The position numbers and the translations under genes were made by a program. The notes under the pieces were generated by a model that saw only the letters and a program-made list of their open reading frames with translations, did not search any database and had not been told where the DNA came from. Of a DNA stretch of 64,000 bases, positions 52,986 through 64,000 are shown piece after piece. The stretch spans positions 9,734,001 through 9,798,000 of the forward strand of contig JBHGNT010000021.1 in assembly GCA_043228905.1 (NCBI GenBank). The letters run 5' to 3'. This DNA is from Azolla caroliniana. Lineage: Eukaryota; Plantae; Polypodiophyta. Position 1 is the first letter of the stretch, and every line of letters begins with the position of its first letter.

Positions 52986-53295
52986 TCAATAGGGTATAGG
53001 AACAGTGTCAGTAATCTAAGCCTGAATAGTTACAAAGTGATGGCCAACGAACGAGATGTGGCAATGGATCATGCATAATGGACCTAGGAATTCGGTATAT
53101 AATTTATGGTGCACATATCCATTTATGCTGCATGTTTATGTTGCACATTTATGGTGCTCATTTATATAATTAAAACATTCTAATGTTTCATTCATGGTAC
53201 AAAAATGGCTATTTATCACTGGTAGCTTTTTGCATAGCTAATTAGCTATGTTAAGGACATAGCTAATTGTTTCCACTCGCATGCTTTCACCCATA

Positions 53296-54525
53296 TGTCT
53301 AATATAAAATCTTTAGGACATATTTTAATTATTAGTATTATCTACTATATTATTATATTTTAATAGGGTACTTAATATATACTTATTTATTAAATAAAAC
53401 TTATATCCTAGTTATAAAAACTCAATATATTAATAAGCTTGCTTATTTTAATACTCCCCCTAAAGCTCTTTATTGAATATCTTGAAGATTGATATATTCT
53501 TTGAATTTCCTCATCTTAGTTGAATCCAAGAACATTGTGAACATATCTGCCACTTGCATATTTGTTTTGACATAATGTATTTCTATGTCTCTTGATAGAA
53601 CTTTCTCTCTCACAAAGCGATAATGAATTTTAATATGTTTTGTCCTATCATGAAACACTGGATTGTTAGCTAAATAAATGCTTGACATGTTATCACAATA
53701 GATTTTGATTTATAAATTCTCAATGCATAAATCTTTAATAGGATTTTTTATCCACATTGCTTCACATGTTGCATTTGTCATAGCTCTATATTCTACTTCT
53801 ATTGAGGAAAGATCAACCGTTCGTTGCTTCTTTGAACTCCATGAAATAGTTGTTGTGCCCTACAACAAAACATACCCCGATGTGCTTCTTCTATCATTTA
53901 TTGAACCTGCCCAATCTACATCACTGAATGCAATAATTGTTAAATCATTTACCTTGTCATAAAATAAACCATGATTAATTGTCCCTTTCAACTATCTTAA
54001 AACCTTTTTTCTTGCATTCAAGTGATTGCATAAACTATGCCAAAACACCTACTACATGAGATATATTTGTTCTTGTTATAGTTGCATACAATAATGAACC
54101 AATTAAGCTTCTATACAGTTGAACGTTTTCAACTTTCTCACCATTATCTTTTCCTAATTTGACATTGGGCTCCATAGGTTGGCCTAATGGTTTGCATCCA
54201 ATCATTCCATACTTCTTCAATAAATTTAGAATATATTTTCTTTGTATTAAGTATATACCTTCATTTTTTTTATTACTTCTATACCCAAGAAATATTTATG
54301 TTCTCCAAGATTTGAAATTTTGAACTCTTCTTTCAACTCTCCCTTTATATCTTGGATATCTTTTCCACAATTACCTGTAAGTATTAAATCATCCACATAT
54401 ATGCATAATAAAACTATATGTTTTCCATTATGCTTTATATATAAAGATGAATTTGAATTTGAAACAATAAAATCACACCACCAAATATTCTACCAATTTA
54501 TGATTCCATGCTCTTGGAGCTTGTT
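53296..54525 (-). mobile_element. AT-rich Copia remnant (partial 3' LTR, PPT, RNase H and RT)
   Basis: NPVFHDRTKHIKIHYRFVRE; YRSLIGSLLY; YVDDLI near 54390; CTCCCCC (PPT complement) at ~53454. Confidence 0.85.
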
Positions 54526-54539
54526 CAAACCATATAATC

Positions 54540-54796
54540 CTTTCTTCGATAGGAGAAACTATGCATCTTGGTCATACGCACCAGTATTTGCTTCGGCATG
54601 GGTACTGGAGTTACGTCGAAGGAGTGAATGATGCAACAAGGGATACGACACACAAGGACATTCCAGCCTGGGAGTAGGCAGCACACAGGGTAATATACTG
54701 CTTTGCTTCCAGTGTCAATGATCAACTACTCAACTACATCTAGGACGCCAAGATGTAGAAAAATGCTTGGACGAACCTGAAGAGGATTTTCGCTAT
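54540..54796 (+). mobile_element. Copia gag fragment (family of 24511-30015)
   Basis: NYASWSY..HQYLLRHGYWSYVEG...AWTNLKRIFA. Confidence 0.75.
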
Positions 54797-57700
54797 TGAT
54801 GCACCTTTGGGTGTCAGGTCGTTGCGTGAGTCGGGTGGAATTCGCCAAGGTTATGGACGAGGAGGAGGAAGAATTTGAGGCAAATAGGAATGTGAATAGG
54901 TTCTAAGAAAGAGATATAGAACCTCGTGAATCCCATTTACATTATGCTCCCCATCCTTATATAGTGATGGGAGAGGCTTAGCACATAGCAATCTATGTTT
55001 TTTCTAACTATAGACTTCATGCTTTTTCTTCTAATAATAGTCTTCATGCACGTGAGATGTGCATGAATAACTTTTTATCATGCGTTTTCTTCTAACTAAA
55101 GTGTACGTGTAAAAGTAGCTTTTCCTAAAAAATATATGTGAGATAACCTTTGTATATGGAAGATCTACTATTTTTAATACTCATGATGTGTTACTATAAT
55201 GGTAAAGCTACAAATTATTGACTTGGAGGTACATGGTTTGAATCTTGCCCTATGCATGCAATATATATTTTAATATTTTCTTCTATTTCTTCATATTTAT
55301 TAAATCGGGTACTTTGTACGTTTTTCACGTAGTGTAGGAAATACACTACGACACTCCCCCCCTCCAAACCCACACATCCTCCGGTATGTGCCGAAGTTCC
55401 CGATGCTTGTTATTCCCCTTCATCCATAGTACCCTCCATTTCTCCCACTATATCAACTTTGTCTCTCAATTTTGAGCACATCCATTCTTTCCACCCAAAC
55501 CATTGTCGACATCCGATCCACCATATTCTTCGTTCTCTCTCGTCATACAATCTTGTTTTAGAGTTTATGTTCTTCACGTTAGAGCCATCCTTCTTTGTTG
55601 AGATCTCATCGTTAGTAACACATTTCAAATCCGCTTGGCCCTTGTCATCCATGGTAGTGCGCCTACTTGGCCTATTCCTTGTCTTTATCAACCTTGAATT
55701 CTTTCCGGATTGGTCTCGTCCAATCGACTTTCGGTTGGATCGGCTTCCGTTCGGATTTGTATTCGTCCGAATCAGACTCGGTTGATCAGTTTCGACTGAG
55801 TCGGTCCCCTTCCAGGTTGGGTTCCACCGATCGGTTTCAATCTAGGTTGGCTTCCTTTTCCTCGTGTTCACCAACTTCGACCGGTTCGACCTCCGGTTAA
55901 GTTGGATTAGCTTGTGTTATCTAGATCGGTCTCGTCCGATCAGCTTTCAGCTAGAACAATTTCCGTCTGGGTTGGGCTAGACTGATCAGATTTCGGCCAA
56001 ATCCACTTCCGCTTGGTTTGGCTTTCGTTTAGGCCGGAATTCCGGCGGATCATCTTCCGTCTAAACCTAGTTCTGGCTTTACATTCCTTGTTGCCACCTC
56101 CCGTCTCTCCAGTATCACGTTGTTTCTCGGCCACTATCGCCGAAGTCTCTAGAATTAGTGGACAGAAATCCTCGGTATTATTGTCCTTCGTCGTTTCGCC
56201 CATAGCCACCTTCTCCACTATTTGTCCGTTGTATGCCTCGGCTTTGACCTTCGTTTTCTCTCCACCACCTTCTGTCTCTTCAGTCTCACGTTGGCTGTCG
56301 AAGGCAACCGCCGAATTTTCTGGAATTAATGGTGGGAAAGTCTCGACATGGCCATCTGCCATTGACTCCTCCATATCCACCTCCGACTTGATGTCTTCTT
56401 TCGTGGCGATCTCCTAGATCATGTCCACCTCGCACTCTTTATCTCACTCGATCATGCAAGCATTGATTATGCTTACCCCTTTCTCACCCGATGTTTCAGA
56501 CACTCCTGTCTTGAAACCTTCGTGCACACTTGAAGTGGTGTTCGCCACTCTCAAGTCATCGGTGTTATCCTTAGTGGTCGTTCTTTCACAAGACGAGAGG
56601 ATGCCTTGTTCCATACCCTCTCCCGTGGTACCGTCGAATCATACTTCAACCTTCATATCAACCACATCGTTCATCCTTAATCGATCATCCCTTATAGGCC
56701 ATGTTGTTGCCGATGAGATTCTCATCTTCCTCTTATCATGTCTTTGGCATACTCTTTCAACTTCAACCCAATCCTCAGTAAGGACATTTGCACCACCATC
56801 ATCTTTGAGTTCGATCCCGATGTCCATCCTTTCTTTCCGATCGATCGATCCTACGAACATTATTACTTTATCCACCCCCATCAATCATTGTTCCCGCTTT
56901 GAGAGTTGAGCAAAACGACACCCGAACTCTAGGAATGCTTGTGTTGCGGTTTGGGGGATCTTCGCCAATGCCACTCACTGGTCAAACTCTCGTCGATCTC
57001 GTCCCTTTAGTCTCTCCTAATCATATGCTTCCAATATAGCTTCCTCGAGGGACACCCACGCTGAGTTTTGTTGCCGTATCTGTTGAGAACTCGACGTTCC
57101 TTATGTCCGACGCTCGGCCACAACCGAGATTCTTTACATACACAGAAAAACAGGTAATGAAACGCGACACAAAAGAGGAGAAATGGTGCACAGGAGGTAT
57201 ACGTGGAAAACCCCAAAATAGGGGGAAAAAACCACGGCAGCCCACAAGCTGCAAACTGTCACTATGCAGAAATATACAACAGTGAGATCACTGAGGCAAC
57301 GACCTCGTGCTCTCAGATCTTCGCCACAGGCGGCGGTTACAACAGAGGCAACGACCTCGTCTCTCTCTCTCTCTCTCTCTCTGCACAGTTACGTGCTCTA
57401 ATTTCTTCTTGCACCAACAAGAAAGAATAACCACACAAAAACAACTACAAAATTGCCCTAAGTCATATTTATACTAATATGACTTTTCGGCTATTTACAA
57501 ATGTAGCCTCGATGGGCTCCATCCGACTCTCCGTAGTCGGGTACTCCTCATCCGGCTCTCCGCAGTCGGGTACTCCTCATCCGGTTCATACCGGGCCTAC
57601 ACCATCCGACTCTCCGCAGTCGGGTACTCCTCATCCGGTTCATACCGGGCCTACACCATCCGACTCTCCGCAGTCGGGTACTCCCCATCCGGTTCATACC

Positions 57701-58550
57701 GGTTCGGCCTCAGCCTGTCGGCCTCGGCCGAGTTTGAACGTCGGCACTGTTCTTCTACCTTCCCATCCGGAGGGACCTGTTTCCCAACAAATTGGGATGC
57801 TCTCTTGCAGCTCATTCGTGGCCACCCGATTGAAGGATGTGACTTGCAAGCATTCTGATATCCCACATCGCATCATCTCGGCTTTGTAGTCACATAAATA
57901 GCGTGCCACGTCTTTTCCTTTGAATTGCCCATTTCTTTTCACAAGCCGCTCTATTGCTACCACAATCTCCGACATCTCATGTTGTTCTTGCAACATCCGC
58001 TCGAACATCATCATCATGTTGATCACCTCTTGTTGATTCTCCATCTCCTTGCCGCCTGTTTTCACATCGGGTTCACCAAATGTGTCGCACCATTCGGCGT
58101 CAGGTTGTTGCGTGATTCGGGTGGAAATTGCCGAGGTTATAAACTATGAGGAGGAAGAATTTGAGGCAAATAGGAATGTGAATAGGTTGTAAGAAAGAGA
58201 TATAGAACCTCGTGAATCCCACGAGTGTATTGTATTAGATTTATTAATATTTAAAACCCTAATAACAAATTAAAATAGATTAGAAAAGAGAGATTGAAAA
58301 CCTCGTGAATCCCACAAGTATTATATTAATCAATATTTAGACCCTAATAATCACCCCATAATTTATTTATTTCTTTCCCCCTATTATATTCTGACCCCCA
58401 TCCTTATATAGTGATGGGAGAGGCTTAACACATAGCAATCTATGCTTTTTCTAACTATAGACTTCATGCTTTTTCTTCTAATAATAGTCTTCATGCACGT
58501 GAGATGTGCATGCATAGCTTTTTCGATCATGTGTTTTCTTCTAACTAAGT
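54797..58550 (-). mobile_element. Older tRNA-Trp-primed Gag-only LTR element, related to 4206-8974
   Basis: LTRs at 54797-55353 and 58083-~58550 (truncated). PBS at 58061-58078; PPT at 55354-55370. Gag AIERLVKRNGQFKGKDVARYL...WVSLEEAILEAY and the motif PLILETSA..ETGGG. No pol. Confidence 0.85.
57081..57789 (-). mobile_element. Solo Copia LTR (related to the LTRs at 9499 and 16752) inserted in the gag of 54797-58550
   Basis: TG...CA ends and shared blocks CGCTCGGCCACAACCGAG, CGTGGAAAACCC and TTGCCCTAAGTCATATTTATA. Internal 54-bp tandem repeat, ~3 copies, at 57521-57700. No matching TSD. Confidence 0.85.
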
Positions 58551-58554
58551 TTTA

Positions 58555-58775
58555 TGCACTCTTTTGGTTCTCACCGGGTCCTCTTTATTCATCACCGGAT
58601 CCCATCCTAAGAGACCGATTTCCCAACAATTATCACATATGTCGTTGTCATCAGCGCCTCAACCCAAAACTTCTTGGATAGCTTGGCATGTGCGAGCATA
58701 CTACATACTCTCTCCATTATGGTCTGATTCATCCTTTCGGCCAATCCGTTAAGCTCCGGTGTCTTCGGTGTTACG
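58555..58775 (-). mobile_element. Copia LTR end (to 58628) plus an integrase fragment
   Basis: GACCGATTTCCCAACA; TPELNGLAERMNQTIMERV. Confidence 0.7.
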
Positions 58776-58779
58776 AAGG

Positions 58780-59629
58780 CGCTCCGGCTCTTCTTTGTGC
58801 ACAGCAGATCGTTTAATGTACTCAAGACAGAAAAGAAGGGGAAGGAGACTTACCTCTGTAGCAATCCAAAAGCTTCTATTTCATTACACATAGAGCTCAA
58901 CTCACTCTCGCCAATTTTCTGTTTTTCTATTCTTTTTTCTCTTACAACTCTCTCTTCTACTTTTTACCTAAGTATATAAGTGACTTATATATGCAGCTAA
59001 TTAACTGTGACTAGCTAAATAGTTGTTGATAGCTAAATAGTTGTTTCACCTTTATGTCCACTAGTAGCTAATTTCCTAATAGCTACTATAGAAGATCTCA
59101 CATACCAATATGCATCACATACCTTTGTTGAGCTTGTTTCTCAACACTCCCCCTCAAGGTCAACTTATCCTTTCTTGAGGTCATCTTCAGTCTTCTTTTC
59201 TTCATGCTTTTCAGCTATCATACCAATGCTTATAACTCCAATCATGTCTCTAAACTGTGTATGTTTTTCCATGCTCAATCCCTTCATAAGAATATCAGCA
59301 ACATGTAGTTTTGTGCTTACATACAACAGATCCACTTCTCTATCAATCACTTTTTCTCTAACAAAGTGATAATGCACTTCAATGTGCTTGGTTCTTGCAT
59401 GGAACACTAGGTTTTTTTGCGAGCTGAATTTTTCTCATATTATCACACCAAATTGTGACTGCACCATCTATATGTTTTCCCAAATCAGCAAGCAATCTTC
59501 TGATCCATACCTCTTCACAAGTGGCTATTGCAGCTCCTCTATATTCAGCTTCAGTACTTGATAATGCAACGATAGCTTGTTTCTTGCTAATCCATGAAAT
59601 AGTTGCACTTCCCAATGTAAACATATATC
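58780..59629 (-). mobile_element. Copia 3' LTR, PPT and RNase H remnant, interrupted by the Tcn1-like element
   Basis: LTR edge TCTCAACA (~59146) followed by CTCCCCCTCAAG; [17 protein letters not shown]; ALSSTEAEY. Confidence 0.85.
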
Positions 59630-62600
59630 TGTCATGATATGGCAAAACTCGAACCCATGACCTTAGGTTATATGGGCCGAGCTCTTGACCATTAGATCAT
59701 CTATTGTAATACGTAGGATATTATTTTCATTTACATTTTATTCTAGGAAATTAGTGTATATTCCAGATTTCTCGGGAACATTCTAGAAGCTTCAAGATTA
59801 CTCCTGAAAACACTATAAAAGAGGGCACTAGGCATTATGTTGAACCAAATTGGTTCAACGCCAGTCTTAAGCCTTTTAGCCACCATTGTATATTCTCTTC
59901 ACATAATACATATTTTTCTTATCATCACTCTCTCCTTCTCTCGATCTCTCTCTTTCTCTCCGTCTCGCTCACTTCTTCCTTCTCTCGAAGAACTTCTACA
60001 CCTCTCATAGTACTAATCCTTCATTTAGTACTAATTCCTTCTCTGTCTTAGTACTGTTCCTGACAGTTTGAACCAATTTTCTACCTTCTGTCTCTCTCAT
60101 TTCCTACTAATCTCTTATTCCTCTTTTCTTTCATCCCATGGCCACTGTTAGCGCTGAAGAATATCAATCTGTTTTCTCGGAATTTCAATGCTTGAAAGAG
60201 AAGTTCCATGCTTTGGAACAAGAAAACTAATGGTTGCTGGGGGGATCTTCAACAAATCTCCTTAGAAAAGCAGCAAACGCAACAACAGCATGGGGAACTT
60301 GCATTACGTGTGCAACAACTCGAAGCAAGCATCGTAGCGATGCAACAACAAGGGCCCAGAACACAAGGGATTCATAAAGAACCCAAGATTGGCCTTCCCA
60401 CGAAGTTCGATGGAACGCGATCGCAGTTTAGAGGGTTCCTTAACCAGGTACGATTAGTTATTCAAATGCATCCTTCCCGATATCCCACCGATGCATCACG
60501 AGTGGGTTTAGTAGGCACTTTGTTTAGTGGCTCAACAATTCTGTTATGGTTTACACAACGACGTCAAGGATTTACTCTTGACCTTCCCCGAAGAGCCAAA
60601 GTCCTTAACAGAAGCAATCAGTCGCACAGTGAGATGTGACAACCGCCTCTTTGAGCGACATTTGGAAAGACAACTACAGATGCCGAGGGCAAGATCAGAG
60701 CCCACCTATGCCTCAGTGGTAGCAAGACCTTTTCCGAGGGAGTCATATAATGCGCCTCCAGCGAATACTCCAACCCTGATGGAGATTGACACTACACGTC
60801 GTTGAGAGCCATTATCCGAAGAAGAAAAGCAACAACGCCGTACAAATCGACTATGTCTTTACTGTGGTGGACCAGGACATATCGCAATAAATTGCCCCCA
60901 TAGGCCAAGAAGATAGGTAAACCAAATAGTCGCTAGTTCTAATTGTACTAAACCCGAGCCTATTTCAGTAGGGATATCGGATAGTCCTAATAGTACTAAT
61001 AGCCCAGATCTAGCGAACAAATTTGATGTCCTTAGTCAGTTAGAAGAAGAGTTAAACGACTAAGTCCAGCCAAAATAGGAGCCGTTTGGTTGGACAACCC
61101 TAGATCTGTGCAGCCCATTAGTGGTTCCATTCCCTCTAAGCAAGTTAGTGATGTGTTCATAGTCCAAGTAATAGTTAGTATTAAAAGTACCCCTCCAGTA
61201 CATGTCCTAGCACTCCTAGATTCCGGAGCTAACTCTTGCTTTATGGATAAGAAATTTGCTCAAGCTCATAAGATATCCCTAAGAAAACTCCAGTGTCCAG
61301 CCTCTATAGTAGTCATTGATGGACGTCCCATTGCTTCCGGAAATATCATAGAAGAGTCAGAGCCCATTAATATTGTCCTAGATAACTTAGCATGTGTAGT
61401 ATCATTTAATATTATTAGTATCCCAGAACATCCTATAGTTTTAGGATTACTGTGGTTCGAGTTACATAACCCAGACATAGATTGGAGAACAAGAGAGATC
61501 CGGTGTCGACAAACCCAAGGGTCAACTCAGAAGATGGCAACCATTTCGCTACGTCAATTGCGTAAAGAAGGGCGCGAAGAGGAAATGTTCCTCTTTGCAA
61601 TATCAGTAAACCCCTCCAGCACCACTAAAGAAGAATCCACCGTTCAACTTCCCGAGAAGTATCGTCATTACGCCGATGTGTTCGATAAAGTACAAGCCAA
61701 CACACTTCCTCATCATCGACCATACGATTGCCCCATCGATTTATAACCGGGAAAAGAGCCGCCATGGGGACCGATCTACAATTTGTCACCAACCGAGCTG
61801 GAAGTCCTTCGGGCCTATATCGAGGAGAATTTGGAAAATGGTTTCATTCAACATTCAAAATCTCCAGCTGGCGCGCCCATTTTCTTCGTCAAAAAAAAAG
61901 ATGGATCGCTTCGTCTCGTTGTAGATTACCGTGTCTTGAATAAGGTTACAATCAGGAATAGGTATGCTCTTCCCCTTATCTCAAGTCTTTTAGAATGGAT
62001 CAATGGTGCCAGGTTCTTCACGAAGATCGACTTACGGGGAGCATATAACCTCGTACGGATCCAACTAGGAGACGAATGGAAGACCATGTTTCGCACCAGA
62101 TATGGGCACTTCGAGTATACAGTCATGCCGTTCGGCCTCACTAATGTGCCGGCAGTCTTCCAGCACATGGCTAATGATATATTCCGAGATCTATTGGATG
62201 ATTGTTTGATCATCTATTTGGATGATCTACTGGTTTTTTCAAAGACCCAAGAAGAACATGATTCTCATGTACTATTAGTACTAAAACGACTTCGAGAACA
62301 TGGTCTATATGCAAAGCTGGAAAAATGTAGTTTCGGGTGCTACCAAGTGGAATTTCTCGGTTACATCATTTCGCCAGAAGGCATCTCCATGGACCTAGCT
62401 AAGGTCAAAACGGTGGTAGAATGGCAGACTCCGCGTTCGGTGCGGGATGTGCAATGCTTCCTCGGCTTTGCCAATTTTTACCGGAAGTTCATACAAGATT
62501 ACTCAAAGATCGTTCTACCTCTCACACAACTTACCAGGAAGGGACAACCGTTCATCTGGTCTGAAGAAACGGACATAACTTTAGAGAGTCTTAAAAAGGC

Positions 62601-64000
62601 ATTTACATCGGCTCCAATTCTAGCTCATGTTGAAAAACCACTCATTATCGAAGCTGACGCATCAGATTTTGCATTGGGGAGCATTCTGTCACAACAGGGG
62701 AATGATGAGAAGCTACATACTGTGGCTTTTCACTCACGCAAGTTTGACACCGCCAAAATCAACTACAAAATTCATGATAAGGAGCTATTGGCAATAGTGG
62801 ATTCTTTTATGCAATGGAGGCATTTTCTGGAGGGATCCTCTCATCCAGTCACCGTATTTAATGAACACAAGAATCTTGCCTACTTTCAGGATGCTCGTGT
62901 GTTGAATCAACGTCAAGCTCGGTGGGCCCACTTCCTCACGCGTTTCGACTTCAAAATTACATATTGTCCGGGGAAGCACCAAGGGAAGGCAGATGCATCA
63001 TTATCACGACGTTCGTATCTAGCACCCCGTCCCGGCGAGCCAATTTTCAATAACCAAAAACAAGTCATCTTGGGACCGGCACCATTACAAGCAACACAGA
63101 TCTTTGACATGCCCATGGATTCCCGTGTTATTGACCATACGTGAAGACTTGAAGACAGATGTGTTCGCCCAAGCTATACTAGCACAAATTAATCCCTCTT
63201 GAGCGTCGTGTTCACAGTCGCAACCACCAGGTATAGACTATTGGCAATTCAAATACCATGATGGATTACTCTTCTTTAAAGAACGTTTGTATGTTCCTAA
63301 TGGTTCTTGCCGCCTTCGAGTAGTACAAAACTGTCATGACACATATACAGTTGGGCATTTTGGTAGTACTAAAACATTACATTTAGTACAACGATCATTC
63401 TGGTGGCCTTGTATGCGACAATTTGTCGAGGATTTTGTTCGGACTTGTGATACATGTTGCAGAGCGAAAATGCCAAGGCATCATCCATATGGTTTATTAG
63501 AACCATTACCAATTCCAAGCAAGCCGTGGCAATCCATTGCTCTAGACTTCATCACAGATTTTCCAGTCTCTAAGGGGTTCAATGCGATTCTAACGGTGGT
63601 CGATCGATATACGAAGATGACTCATTTCTTGCCATGTACTAATGAGATCTCCAGTGAAGACACTGCCGAAATTGTCATGCGTGAAGTATGTCGGCATCAT
63701 GGACTTCCCGATAGTATCATCAGCGACCGTGGACCCCAGTTCGTGTCAAAAATCTGGAAGCACCTTTTTAACATGCTCAAGGTCACTTGTAACCTCTCCT
63801 CCAGCTACCACCCACAAACCGACGGCCAAGCTGAACGAACAAATCAAACGCTGGAGCAGTATCTGCGGTGCTTTCTCAGCTATCATCAGGACAACTGGGC
63901 AAATATTCTCCACTTCGCCGAATTTGCCTATAACAACTCTATCCACGCATCCACTAAAGTTACGCCATTTTATGCTTATACGGGATTTCACCCCCGGTGG
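59630..64000 (+). mobile_element. Tcn1/Tf1-Sushi-like Ty3/Gypsy chromovirus, degenerate, extending past the window end
   Basis: LTR at 59630-60065 (TGTCA...TGACA). Gag from 60138: [41 protein letters not shown]. Pol: LLDSGANSCF, SPAGAPIFFVKKKDGSLRLVVDYR, YLDDLLVFS, EADASDFALG, YHPQTDGQAER. Confidence 0.92.
61051..61095 (+). promoter_or_regulatory. Putative -1 ribosomal frameshift signal between gag and pol
   Basis: G_TTA_AAC, a 6-nt spacer, and a stem GTCCAGCCAAA/TTTGGTTGGAC. Gag stops at 61061 and pol is open in the -1 frame. Confidence 0.75.

Noticed and set aside
57076-57794. TSD around the solo LTR
   Set aside because: The flanks GTATC and AATTG do not match, so no TSD is claimed.
59635-59703. 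Functional tRNA gene
   Set aside because: No acceptor stem and poor T and anticodon stems; kept only as a tRNA-like motif.

Overview
Eukaryotic, plant-type DNA that is almost entirely nested transposable elements; no intact host gene is visible. The element mix suggests a bryophyte or other early-diverging land plant (inference): a Tcn1-like chromovirus, Sola-like DDD transposases and an RTEX-like LINE. From left to right the window holds: a decayed Armadillo-repeat kinesin (ARK) C-terminal pseudogene; a tRNA-Trp-primed, Gag-only LTR element (4206-8974), with a diverged relative at 54797-58550; a young Copia with one nonsense mutation (9499-14908); several nested, decayed Copias; a Sola1-like transposase remnant; a LINE 3' fragment; and a self-priming Tcn1-like element from 59630 to the end. 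The most unusual structure is ~36.4-53.3 kb. There a Sola2-like transposase gene (- strand) faces a RING + FCP1/NIF-like gene (+ strand). Each has an intron built from ~1 kb of the palindrome TAGCTAATTAGCTA. The transposase intron also folds back on itself and carries a full-length Gypsy insertion. Family assignments come from recalled motifs, not database searches.
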